Source: an uncultured Lachnospiraceae bacterium
Lineage (GTDB): Bacteria; Bacillota; Clostridia; TANB77; CAG-508
DNA length: 64,000 nucleotides
NCBI GenBank assembly: GCA_964616165.1
Contig: CAZTTS010000002.1
Span: 19,463-83,462, forward strand
Direction of reading: 5' to 3'
The notes beneath the pieces were generated by a model that did no database searches, was not told the DNA's origin, and saw only the letters and a program-made list of their open reading frames with translations. The number at the start of each line of letters is the position of its first letter. Position 1 is the stretch's first letter. Position numbers and translations under genes: made by a program. Below are positions 39,682 to 49,185 of the stretch, in pieces.

Positions 39682-41472
39682 ATGAATAAAAAGAACGAGA
39701 AGAATAGTTTTACTAAAACTATAGATAAGACTATTGTAAGAGATAGGAAAAAGATTGCTAGGAATGTGAATAAAAGCTTTGGAAAAACAAAAACTAAAAC
39801 TAGTCATGAAAAAATAAATGATAATCAGCCTAGACTTAAAGTTATACCTTTAGGTGGTTTAGATGAAATTGGTAAGAATATTACTGTTTTTGAATATGAA
39901 GATGAAATCATCATAGTTGACTGTGGTATAGGTTTTCCAGAAGAAGATATGCTAGGAATAGATATTGTTATCCCAGATTTTACATATTTAGAAAAAAACC
40001 ATAATAAAATTAAAGGTCTTTTAATTACACATGGACATGAAGACCATATAGGAGCAGTACCATATTTATTAAAAAAGATAAATATACCAGTATATGCACC
40101 TAGATTTGCTGTAGGATTAATTGAAGACAAATTACAAGAACATAAAATAAAAGATAGTAAAGTTATTGAAATTAAACAAGGGAGTAAGTTAAAACTAGGT
40201 AAATTCTTTGATATTGAATTTATACATAGTGCACATAGTATTAGAGATTCTCTAATGTTATCAATAACTACTCCAGTTGGTACAGTTGTTCATACAGGAG
40301 ATTTTAAAGTAGAATTTTCACCAGTTAATGGACAAGTAATGAATATTGGGAAAATGGCAGAAATAGGGAATGAAGGAGTACTTTTATTATTATCTGATAG
40401 TACAAATTCAGAAATTCCAGGATTTACTGTTTCTGAAAAGTCTATAGGAAAAGTATTTGCAGATATATTTGAAGGTGAAACTAAAAGAATATTAGTAGCA
40501 ACATTTTCATCACATATAGATAGAGTTCAACAAATTATTAATGTAGCTGTACAAAATAAAAGAAAAGTATCTATTAGTGGCAAATCAATGATAAATATGA
40601 TTAAAACAGCTAGAAAATTAGGTTATCTTGATGTTCCTGATGAAACTTTTATAGACATTGATAATATTAATAATTATCCTGATGAAGAATTGGTTGTTAT
40701 TACAACAGGTTCTCAAGGAGAAACAATGTCAGCTTTATCAAGAATGGCTACAGGACAACATAAAAAAGTTAAAGTAGGTTCTAATGACTTAATAGTAATT
40801 TCTGCAGATCCTATACCAGGAAATGAAGCTAATGTTTCTAATATTATTAATTTATTAATGAAATCTGGTGCACAAGTTATATATTCTTCAGCTGAAAAAC
40901 TACATGTATCAGGGCATGCATGTCAGGAAGAACAAAAATTAATATTATCATTATTTAGACCAAAATATTTTATGCCAATACATGGTGAATATAGACAATT
41001 AATTGCACATAAAAACACAGCAGTTTTATTAGGTCTTCCTAAGGAAAATATAATAATAGCTGAAAATGGGCATACAATTGAGCTTACTAAGGATAAAATG
41101 CAAAAAGGTGGTATAGTACAACATGGTAAAGTATTTGTTGATGGTATTGGTGTAGGCGATGTTGGAAATGTAGTTTTAAGAGATAGACATCATTTATCTC
41201 AAGATGGACTAATTATTATAGTTATAACTATGGATTCAACAAGTGGAGAATTAGTAGCTGGACCTGATATAGTTTCAAGAGGTTTTGTATATATTAAAGA
41301 ATCAGAAGAATTATTAGAAGAGTTAAGGAAAAAAGTTTTAAAAGCTATAATGGAAACTGATTCTAGAGACTGGACAGTTTTAAAAGGTGTTGTTAGATCA
41401 ACTGTTTTAAAATTTGTTTACAAGAAAACTGAAAGAAATCCTATGGTATTACCTATAATAGTTGAAGTATAA
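39682..41472 (+). CDS. rnj: Ribonuclease J (MBL + beta-CASP + C-terminal domain), with a K-rich N-terminal extension
   Basis: HGHEDHIG metallo-beta-lactamase motif, beta-CASP motifs, about 555 aa core plus about 40 aa of basic N-terminal low complexity. Confidence 0.85.
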   Translation: MNKKNEKNSFTKTIDKTIVRDRKKIARNVNKSFGKTKTKTSHEKINDNQPRLKVIPLGGLDEIGKNITVFEYEDEIIIVDCGIGFPEEDMLGIDIVIPDFTYLEKNHNKIKGLLITHGHEDHIGAVPYLLKKINIPVYAPRFAVGLIEDKLQEHKIKDSKVIEIKQGSKLKLGKFFDIEFIHSAHSIRDSLMLSITTPVGTVVHTGDFKVEFSPVNGQVMNIGKMAEIGNEGVLLLLSDSTNSEIPGFTVSEKSIGKVFADIFEGETKRILVATFSSHIDRVQQIINVAVQNKRKVSISGKSMINMIKTARKLGYLDVPDETFIDIDNINNYPDEELVVITTGSQGETMSALSRMATGQHKKVKVGSNDLIVISADPIPGNEANVSNIINLLMKSGAQVIYSSAEKLHVSGHACQEEQKLILSLFRPKYFMPIHGEYRQLIAHKNTAVLLGLPKENIIIAENGHTIELTKDKMQKGGIVQHGKVFVDGIGVGDVGNVVLRDRHHLSQDGLIIIVITMDSTSGELVAGPDIVSRGFVYIKESEELLEELRKKVLKAIMETDSRDWTVLKGVVRSTVLKFVYKKTERNPMVLPIIVEV

Positions 41473-41584
41473 AAATAAACTAGTTTTAAAAAGAACTAAA
41501 AAATAAATAATAAATAATAAATAATTATGAATTAGAATTAAAATTAAAATTAAAATAGAGAATAAGAATAGTAAAGGATAAAAA

Positions 41585-43255
41585 ATGGAAAAATTAGAAG
41601 AATTAGCTAATTTAATATTCCCAGAATCTGAAAGTTTAGATTTTTATAATGAAAAGTATCCAGAGAGAAATTTAGATGAAGGAGCAATTGTTACTAGATT
41701 TGCACCATCACCAACAGGTTTTACTCATATTGGTGGTATATATCAATGTGTTATTATAACTCTTGTAGCAAAAAGAACCAATGGTCTTACTTTCCTTCGT
41801 ATTGAAGATACTGATCAAGAAAGAGAAATTAAAGATGGGACAATTAAAATTTTAGAAGATTTAAAGCTTTTTGATATTAGTTTTGATGAAGGAAATGTTA
41901 ATGAAGAAGAATATAGTGGTAAATATGGGCCATATAAACAAAGTGAAAGAACCAAAATATATCATGCATTTGCAAAACATTTAATTAAAGAAGGCAAAGC
42001 ATATCCTTGTTTCTTAACAAAAGAAGAATTAACAGAAATAAGAGATAATCAAATGAAATCTAAAACAAGACCAGGAATTTATGGAGTTTTTGCTAAATAT
42101 AGAGATATGCCTGTTGAGATGGCTATTGATAAAATTAAAAAAGGTGATGAATATATTATTCGTTTTAAGTCACCAGGTAAAGAAAATAATAAGATTAAAA
42201 TAAAAGATGTTGTAAAAGGTAATTTAGAAATGACTGAAAATACACAAGACATTGTTATTATAAAATCTGATGGTTTACCAACATATCACTTTGCTCATTT
42301 AGTAGATGATTATTTAATGAGAACAACACATGTAATACGTTCAGATGAGTGGTTGGCTTCATTACCTATACATATCCAATTATTTATATCTTCTGGTTTT
42401 AAACCACCAAAATATGTTCATTATGCACCAATTGAGAAAATGGATGGAACAACCAGAAGAAAAATTAGTAAGAGAAAAGATCCTGAAGCATCTGCAATGT
42501 ATTATGTTGAAGAAGGCTTTCCAGTTGAAGGAGTATATGATTACTTATTAAATATAGCTAATAGCAATTATGAAATGTGGAGAAAAAATAATCCTAAATT
42601 ACAATATTTAGATTTTAATTTTGAACTTTCTAAAATGAGTAAATCTGGAGCACTATTTGATATGGAAAAATTATTAGATGTGTCAAAGCTTGCTATTGCA
42701 AATTTTACTGCAGAAAAATTATATAATGGTGCATTAATTTGGGCTAATAAATTTGATGAAGAGTTGAAAGATATACTGTCTAATAATAAGGAATATACAT
42801 TAAAAGTTTTAAATATTGAAAGAGGTAAAGAAAAAAATCCTAGAAAAGACATAGCTAAAATGTCTGATATAAAACATCAAATTATATATATGTATGATGA
42901 TAAATTTAATGATATAATAAAAAGAAAAGAAGATTATGATTTTCTAGAAATTAATAATAATGAAGATATTAAAGAAATATTAATAGAATATCAAAAAACA
43001 TATAATATAAATGACTCAAAAGAAGAATGGTGGAATAAAATTTCAGATTTAAGTATTAAATTAAATTATGCTAAATCTGTTAAAGAATATAGGGAAAATC
43101 CTGAAAAATATAAAGGACATGTAGGAGATGTATCTACTGTAATTAGAGTTGCATTAACTAGCAGATCAGAAACTCCAGACCTATATGAAATAATGTTAGT
43201 TTTAGGAGAAGATAGTATAAACTCAAGAATTAATAAAATATTAAATTTAATTTAA
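41585..43255 (+). CDS. gltX: Glutamate--tRNA ligase (class I, HIGG/KMSKS)
   Basis: RFAPSPTGFTHIGG and KMSKSG motifs; GluRS-like rather than GlnRS-like N-terminus; extended C-terminal domain. Confidence 0.7.
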   Translation: MEKLEELANLIFPESESLDFYNEKYPERNLDEGAIVTRFAPSPTGFTHIGGIYQCVIITLVAKRTNGLTFLRIEDTDQEREIKDGTIKILEDLKLFDISFDEGNVNEEEYSGKYGPYKQSERTKIYHAFAKHLIKEGKAYPCFLTKEELTEIRDNQMKSKTRPGIYGVFAKYRDMPVEMAIDKIKKGDEYIIRFKSPGKENNKIKIKDVVKGNLEMTENTQDIVIIKSDGLPTYHFAHLVDDYLMRTTHVIRSDEWLASLPIHIQLFISSGFKPPKYVHYAPIEKMDGTTRRKISKRKDPEASAMYYVEEGFPVEGVYDYLLNIANSNYEMWRKNNPKLQYLDFNFELSKMSKSGALFDMEKLLDVSKLAIANFTAEKLYNGALIWANKFDEELKDILSNNKEYTLKVLNIERGKEKNPRKDIAKMSDIKHQIIYMYDDKFNDIIKRKEDYDFLEINNNEDIKEILIEYQKTYNINDSKEEWWNKISDLSIKLNYAKSVKEYRENPEKYKGHVGDVSTVIRVALTSRSETPDLYEIMLVLGEDSINSRINKILNLI

Positions 43256-43268
43256 AGGAGAAATATCT

Positions 43269-44030
43269 ATGGAAATAAAAATTGTTGAAAATGAAGAAGA
43301 ATTAGGCAGATTTGTTTCGGATATTGTACAAGAGACAATAATAAATAAGAATAGAGAAAATAAAAACGCAGTAATTGGCTTAGCAACTGGAACAACACCT
43401 ATACCCGTGTATAAAGAATTGTCTAAAAGATATAGTGAGGGTAAAATTGACTTTAATAAAACAATTAGTTTTAATTTAGATGAATATATTGGATTAGATT
43501 ATAGTAATGAAAACTCCTATCATAAATTTATGGAAGAGAATCTTTTTAAGCATATTAATATAAATAAAGACAATATATATATTCCAGATGGTAACTCCAG
43601 TAATTTAGAAGATGAAGCAAATAAATATGATAAATTAATTACAGATGTTGGAGGAATAGATATTCAATTACTTGGAATTGGTGAAAATGGACATATAGGT
43701 TTTAATGAACCTTACCAAAAATTAAACTTAAACACAAATATAGCTGATTTAAGTGAAAGTACTATAAATGCAAACTCCAGGTTTTTCAAAAGTAAGGACG
43801 AGGTTCCAAAAAAAGCAATAACAATGGGAATGGGTACAATATTTTCTGCAAATAAAATTGTTTTAATGGCTACAGGAAAAAAGAAGAAAGAAGCAATTAA
43901 AAAACTATTAACAGACTTTACTATAAATACAGAATCACCCGCTTCATTCCTAAAACTACATAAAGATTTTACTGTTGTTATTGATAAAGAATTATATGAT
44001 GAAATAAACTCCAAGAACGAAGAATTATAA
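43269..44030 (+). CDS. nagB: Glucosamine-6-phosphate deaminase
   Basis: NagB/6-phosphogluconolactonase fold; GLATGTTP and LLGIGENGHIGFNEP motifs. Confidence 0.85.
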   Translation: MEIKIVENEEELGRFVSDIVQETIINKNRENKNAVIGLATGTTPIPVYKELSKRYSEGKIDFNKTISFNLDEYIGLDYSNENSYHKFMEENLFKHININKDNIYIPDGNSSNLEDEANKYDKLITDVGGIDIQLLGIGENGHIGFNEPYQKLNLNTNIADLSESTINANSRFFKSKDEVPKKAITMGMGTIFSANKIVLMATGKKKKEAIKKLLTDFTINTESPASFLKLHKDFTVVIDKELYDEINSKNEEL

Positions 44031-44076
44031 TATTATGAATTAAAATTAAAAAACAAATAAATAAAAGAAGAAATAC

Positions 44077-44118
44077 AAATAAAAATAAAAATAGAAATAG
44101 AAATAGAAATAGAAATAG
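44077..44118. repeat. (AAATAG)n hexanucleotide microsatellite, 5 perfect plus 2 imperfect units, abutting the serS RBS
   Basis: aaataa aaataa then aaatag x5 directly upstream of gaggtatattATG. Confidence 0.8.
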
Positions 44119-44127
44119 AGGTATATT

Positions 44128-45420
44128 ATGTTAGATATGAAATTTGTAAGAGAAAATCCGGATAAAGTGAAGGAAAATATAAAGAAAAAATATCAAGAGG
44201 ATAAAATTCTTTTGGTTGATAAAGTTATTGAACTAGATGAAGAATTAAGAGAAACAAAGATAAAAGGAGATGGATTAAGACAACAAAGAAATACATTGTC
44301 AGATGAAATAGGATTATTATTTCAATCTGGCGATAAAGCAAAAGCAGAAGAAAAGAAAAAAGAAGTAGATCAAATTAATGATGAGTTAAAATATATAGAA
44401 GAAAAAGAAGAAGATTTAGAAAAAAAAGTTAGAGGAATCTTAATGATTTTACCAAATATTCTTCGTGATGATGTTCCTAAAGGTATAGATGATAGTGAAA
44501 ATGTTCAACTTAAAACTTTTGGAGAAGCAAAAAAAGCAGATTATGAAATTCCTTATCATATTGATATATTAGAATCATTAGGAGGAATAGATTTAGATGC
44601 AGCTAGAAGAGTTTCAGGAGCTGGTTTTTATTATCTACAAGGAGATGTTGCAAGACTTCATTCAGCTATTCTTTCTTATGCTAGAGACTTTATGATAGAA
44701 CGTGGTTATACATATTGTATCCCGCCATTTATGATTAGAAGAGAAGTTGCTGAAGGTGTATTAAGTTTTACTGAAATGGATTCTATGATGTATAAAATTG
44801 AAGATGAAGATTTATACTTAATTGGAACTTCTGAACATTCAATGATTGGAAGATATTTAAATCAAATATTAGATAAATCAGAGCTTCCTATAAAGATGAC
44901 TTCATATTCTCCTTGTTTTAGAAAAGAAAAAGGAGCACATGGTATTGAAGAAAGAGGAATATACAGAGTTCATCAATTTGAAAAACAAGAAATGATTATA
45001 ATTTGTGAACCAGAAGAAAGTTGGGATTATTTTGATATAATTTTACAAACTACAGTAGATTTCTTTTTAAGTATTGATATTCCTGTAAGATTATTTGAAT
45101 CTTGTTCAGGAGATTTAGCAGATTTAAAGGCAAAAGGAATTGATGTTGAAGCATGGAGTCCAAGACAAAACAAATATACAGGCGAGTTAGGAAGTTGTTC
45201 AAATTTAACTGATGCCCAATCTAGGAGACTAAGAATAAGAGTTAAAGGTGAAAATGGAAATTATTTACCTCATACATTAAATAACACAGTTGTTGCTCCA
45301 CCAAGAATGTTAATTGCATTTTTAGAAAATAACTACAATAAAGATGGATCAGTAAGCATACCTAAAAAATTGCAACCATATATGGGTGGATTAACAAAAA
45401 TTTTACCAGTAAAAAAATAA
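44128..45420 (+). CDS. serS: Serine--tRNA ligase
   Basis: N-terminal coiled-coil and class II core motifs; 430 aa. Confidence 0.9.
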   Translation: MLDMKFVRENPDKVKENIKKKYQEDKILLVDKVIELDEELRETKIKGDGLRQQRNTLSDEIGLLFQSGDKAKAEEKKKEVDQINDELKYIEEKEEDLEKKVRGILMILPNILRDDVPKGIDDSENVQLKTFGEAKKADYEIPYHIDILESLGGIDLDAARRVSGAGFYYLQGDVARLHSAILSYARDFMIERGYTYCIPPFMIRREVAEGVLSFTEMDSMMYKIEDEDLYLIGTSEHSMIGRYLNQILDKSELPIKMTSYSPCFRKEKGAHGIEERGIYRVHQFEKQEMIIICEPEESWDYFDIILQTTVDFFLSIDIPVRLFESCSGDLADLKAKGIDVEAWSPRQNKYTGELGSCSNLTDAQSRRLRIRVKGENGNYLPHTLNNTVVAPPRMLIAFLENNYNKDGSVSIPKKLQPYMGGLTKILPVKK

Positions 45421-45446
45421 TAAAGGCTAAAGGTTATAAGAGTTAT

Positions 45447-46040
45447 ATGAGTATTAATATAAATAATGCAGAATTTTATATATCAGCAGTTAAACCTGAA
45501 GATTACCCTAATGAAAATTTACCGGAAGTAGTTTTAGTTGGCAAATCAAATGTAGGGAAATCTTCCTTTATTAATACTATGTTAAACAGAAAAAAAATAG
45601 CTAAAACTAGCTCAGAGCCAGGAAAAACAAGACAAATAAATTTTTACAATATTGACAATAAAATGTATTTTGTAGATATGCCTGGATATGGCTATAGTAA
45701 AATGAGTAAAACTGAAGAAAAGCAAGTAGGACAATATATAAATCAATATTTAAATTTAAGAGAAAATATATATTTGATTATTTTAGTTTTAGATATTAGA
45801 CATAAACCAACACAAGAAGATCAGATAATGTATAACTACATATTGTCTAGAAATATACCTTTTTCTATTGTGCTTAATAAGGCTGATAAAATAGCAAAAA
45901 CAAAAGTAGATGAAAAAATAGAGAAATTTAAAGAGATTTTAGGTATTTCATATAGTCCAATTTTTGCTTTTTCTAGTGTTAATAAAATATATACAAATGA
46001 AATTTGGGAATTAATTAAGGAGCATATTACAAATGAATAA
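45447..46040 (+). CDS. engB: Ribosome biogenesis GTP-binding protein YsxC/EngB
   Basis: GKSNVGKSSFIN G1 and DMPGYG G3 motifs; about 195 aa. Confidence 0.85.
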   Translation: MSININNAEFYISAVKPEDYPNENLPEVVLVGKSNVGKSSFINTMLNRKKIAKTSSEPGKTRQINFYNIDNKMYFVDMPGYGYSKMSKTEEKQVGQYINQYLNLRENIYLIILVLDIRHKPTQEDQIMYNYILSRNIPFSIVLNKADKIAKTKVDEKIEKFKEILGISYSPIFAFSSVNKIYTNEIWELIKEHITNE

Positions 46041-46410
46041 TTTAGTAAAAACAAAAAACAAAATAAAAACAGAGAACAGAAGAAAGATAGTAAAAATAAG
46101 ATTTATAGCTATATTAGTAATGATTATTTTAGTATTAACTTTGTTCTTTACATTAAATAATAGTCAAGCATCATCTATAACTTCAGATAATATAAATACA
46201 AATAATTTTACAAATTTTATTGATAACAATAATGATGATGAAATAGATAAAGAAATTTATACTTCAACAACTGTAGAATCGATTACATCTGGTCTTTCAG
46301 ATGAAAGCCTATCGTTTACAAATTTGTTGTTAATTGTATTAATATCAGTTAATTTAGTTTTATTAATATTATCAATAGTAATTTTAATGCAAATAAATAA
46401 AAAAATATAA
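46033..46410 (+). CDS. Hypothetical bitopic membrane protein (N- and C-terminal TM helices, N/D/S-rich middle)
   Basis: ORF overlapping the engB stop by 8 nt; two hydrophobic helices; no recognisable family. Confidence 0.4.
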   Translation: MNNLVKTKNKIKTENRRKIVKIRFIAILVMIILVLTLFFTLNNSQASSITSDNINTNNFTNFIDNNNDDEIDKEIYTSTTVESITSGLSDESLSFTNLLLIVLISVNLVLLILSIVILMQINKKI

Positions 46411-46439
46411 AATATAAATATTAAGAAAAGTGTAAGTAA

Positions 46440-46889
46440 ATGAAAATTATTGCAAAGAACCCTAATGCTAGAAGAAATTATGATATCAACGATACATATA
46501 ATGCAGGAATAGTATTAGTTGGATCAGAAGTTAAGTCAATAAGAAAAGGTGAAGTAAATTTAAAAGATACATACTGTATTATTAAAAATAATGAAGTGTG
46601 GTTGCTTAATATGTATATAAAACCATATGATAAAAGAATTGATACTAATATTAATCCATATAGAAGTAGAAAACTATTATTAAATAAGTCTGAAATATTA
46701 AAATTGAAACAAAAAGTTGATGAAAAAAAACTTTCTCTAATTCCTATTAGCTTATATATGAACAAACATCTTGTGAAAGTTGAAATAGGATTAGGCAAAG
46801 GGAAAAAGCTTTATGATAAAAGAGAAGATTTAGCAAAAAAATCTGATGAAAGAAAAATTCAAAGAGCATTAAAAGAAAATCTAAAATAA
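46440..46889 (+). CDS. smpB: SsrA-binding protein SmpB
   Basis: NRRA.YDY...AGIVL.GSEVKS motif and the basic C-terminal tail. Confidence 0.9.
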   Translation: MKIIAKNPNARRNYDINDTYNAGIVLVGSEVKSIRKGEVNLKDTYCIIKNNEVWLLNMYIKPYDKRIDTNINPYRSRKLLLNKSEILKLKQKVDEKKLSLIPISLYMNKHLVKVEIGLGKGKKLYDKREDLAKKSDERKIQRALKENLK

Positions 46890-46901
46890 GTGAGGTATGT
46901 T

Positions 46902-49148
46902 ATGTTTCCAGAACAAGGAGTAAAAGACCAAAAAAAGAAATGGCCTATATTTATAATTATTATATTTGTAATAGGTTTTCTTTATATTTTATTTTATAAA
47001 GATTCTTTATTTATAAATACAAGAAGTGTTAATTTAGAGGTTTTAACAGATGGTAGTATTCAGGTTGAAGAAATATGGGATATAAATATTAGAAATACTT
47101 CAACACTATTTATTGCCTACCCTAAAGAAGAAGGTAGATATTTTAAAGATGTAAAAGTTTCATATTTTGAAAATGAAAGATGGAATTCTATGTCATTAAC
47201 AGAGTACGCTGCCTTAGATGGAAGAGAGCCAGAGAACTATTATCATGCATCTAATTTTAATAATAAATTTGAAATTGCATGGGGAACAGGTTTAGCTGAA
47301 GGTAGAGACAGAAAATTATATAAAATTGAATATGTAAAAGAGATGACTTTTTTAGGACAAAATTCTGTTAACAAATATAATGACACTGCAGAACTTTATC
47401 ACAAATTTATGGGTGGTGGTGAAGAAATACCAGTTAAAGAATTTGCAGCTACAATTACTTTCCCGGAAAAGGTAAACAAAGAAAATGCTTTAATTTGGGG
47501 ACATGGTGTTAGAACTGGAAGTATTCATTTTATAGACGGGAAGGTAGAGGTCAAAGCGAAGGATATTACTCCTACTTCAATGGTTGAAGCTAGAGTTTTG
47601 TTTCCGGAAGAAATGCTTTCTACAGCTAGAAGAAATCAATTTAAAAATGGATATGACGACATTGTAAGAGAAGAAGGAATAAATACAGCAGGAACAGTAA
47701 AAGCTTCTGGATTTGCTTTTGGTGAAAAATATAGCAAGATTATTTATTTAACAGTTTATGTTGTAGTGTATGCAGTTATTATAGTCTTATTATATAACTT
47801 AAATAAAAAAGCAAATAAGTTTTCTTTTGAAAATGTTAAAGAATGGGATCTTTATACAGGGGTTCCCAAAACAAAATTAAATTTTATAACTGCTAATGCA
47901 ATTTATAAAATTAAGTCGGTAAATATTTTTATTAATACAATTATAATGAAACTATCATTACATAAAATTTTAAGCTTAACAAAACTGGAAGAAGTAGATA
48001 TAAGTAAGAAAGAAAAAAATCAATCTAAACAAAATGAGTTATTCATAGACGCATTAAAGCTTTATGAACCAAATTTAGATTCTTCCATTGTTCGAGAAGT
48101 TATTAATGATAGACAAGAAAATGATCTTAAATTAATTTCAAGGAAAGCTGGAGTTGTAAAAGGCAAATTTAATGAACTTGTATATATAGTTGATCTTAAA
48201 AAATACAGAGAAAAGGAGGTTGAAGAAGATGAAAAACTTGTTTTAGACTTTTTAATTTCTAGTATAATAAAAGCATATGTTAAAGATACTTCTATAACAA
48301 GAGAAAATTATACTATTAAATATATAAATAATTTAAGAAAATCTGGAATTAAATTAACAGATAGTGATTGGACTACTATTGAATCAGAATTTAAAAATTT
48401 AATTATAAATAATCTAGATGAATTATATATTGAACAGTATCAATTATTATTAAATATCTATTATTATTTAGATAAGTTTAAAACAAAATATGGAAAACGC
48501 ATTATAGAAGAAAAGGAAATATTAGAAAAACAAGGAATCAAGTCAAAAGAAAAAGAAAAAATTTTTAGTAATCTAAATATGGTTAAATTAATATTTTATA
48601 TTTTAGCAGCACTAGGAGTTGTAGTTGCGTTGAATGTTTTTGGAACAATAAATTTCAATAAAGAAATATATATATCATTGCTTTTTGCTACTCTATCATT
48701 GCAAGTCATAGTTAGTTTTTTAGCTAGAAAAACTGAAGATAAAGTTTATCCTTCATATACAGAAGAAGGACTTAATATATATTATGAATTCAAAGGATTA
48801 GAAAAATTTCTTTCAGATTCTTCATATATAAGTGAATATGATGAGAAATCAGTTATTATTTGGGGAGAATTTTTAGTTTTTGCTACCTTCTTTGGTACAG
48901 CTAAAAAAGTTTTAGAAGCTTTAAAAGTTTCACATCCAGAAGTTATAAACGAATTAGAAACTTCCCCAACTTATTCAAGTATGGGAAGCGCAATACATTC
49001 ATATTCTAGCTTTTCATCAAGTATTTCTACTGTTTCTACTTTCTCAGCATCAACTGGTGGCACATCATCTGGTGGTGGTGGTGGATTTTCATCAGGTGGC
49101 GGAGGCCGGAGGTGGCGGAGGCCGGAAGTGGTGGAAGATAAAAAATAA
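46902..49148 (+). CDS. DUF2207-type membrane protein with a Gly/Ser-rich C-terminus (3' end affected by a 16-bp tandem duplication)
   Basis: N-terminal TM helix, a large extracytoplasmic domain, mid-protein TM helices, and a C-terminal S/G-rich tail (SSGGGGGFSSGGGG) as in DUF2207 proteins. ATG at 46902 with RBS GTGAGG. Confidence 0.55.
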   Translation: MFPEQGVKDQKKKWPIFIIIIFVIGFLYILFYKDSLFINTRSVNLEVLTDGSIQVEEIWDINIRNTSTLFIAYPKEEGRYFKDVKVSYFENERWNSMSLTEYAALDGREPENYYHASNFNNKFEIAWGTGLAEGRDRKLYKIEYVKEMTFLGQNSVNKYNDTAELYHKFMGGGEEIPVKEFAATITFPEKVNKENALIWGHGVRTGSIHFIDGKVEVKAKDITPTSMVEARVLFPEEMLSTARRNQFKNGYDDIVREEGINTAGTVKASGFAFGEKYSKIIYLTVYVVVYAVIIVLLYNLNKKANKFSFENVKEWDLYTGVPKTKLNFITANAIYKIKSVNIFINTIIMKLSLHKILSLTKLEEVDISKKEKNQSKQNELFIDALKLYEPNLDSSIVREVINDRQENDLKLISRKAGVVKGKFNELVYIVDLKKYREKEVEEDEKLVLDFLISSIIKAYVKDTSITRENYTIKYINNLRKSGIKLTDSDWTTIESEFKNLIINNLDELYIEQYQLLLNIYYYLDKFKTKYGKRIIEEKEILEKQGIKSKEKEKIFSNLNMVKLIFYILAALGVVVALNVFGTINFNKEIYISLLFATLSLQVIVSFLARKTEDKVYPSYTEEGLNIYYEFKGLEKFLSDSSYISEYDEKSVIIWGEFLVFATFFGTAKKVLEALKVSHPEVINELETSPTYSSMGSAIHSYSSFSSSISTVSTFSASTGGTSSGGGGGFSSGGGGRRWRRPEVVEDKK
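49094..49125. repeat. Perfect 16-bp tandem duplication ggtggcggaggccgga x2 (GC-rich)
   Basis: Direct read: 49094-49109 is identical to 49110-49125. Located in the last codons of the DUF2207 gene. Confidence 0.9.
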
Positions 49149-49185
49149 ATAATTAAATTTTAAATATATAAAAGTAAGGGTAAAA

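Noticed and set aside
44031-44127. T-box leader for serS, and similarly at 41473-41584 for gltX
   Set aside because: The intergenic regions are about 100 nt with no specifier-loop or antiterminator T-box sequence (no AATTAGGGTGGNACCGCG-like element). They are too short for a T-box of about 250 nt.
46890-46901. GTG start at 46890 for the DUF2207 gene
   Set aside because: The GTG is part of the RBS-like GTGAGG. The ATG at 46902 has ideal spacing, and 46890 would abut the smpB stop with no RBS.
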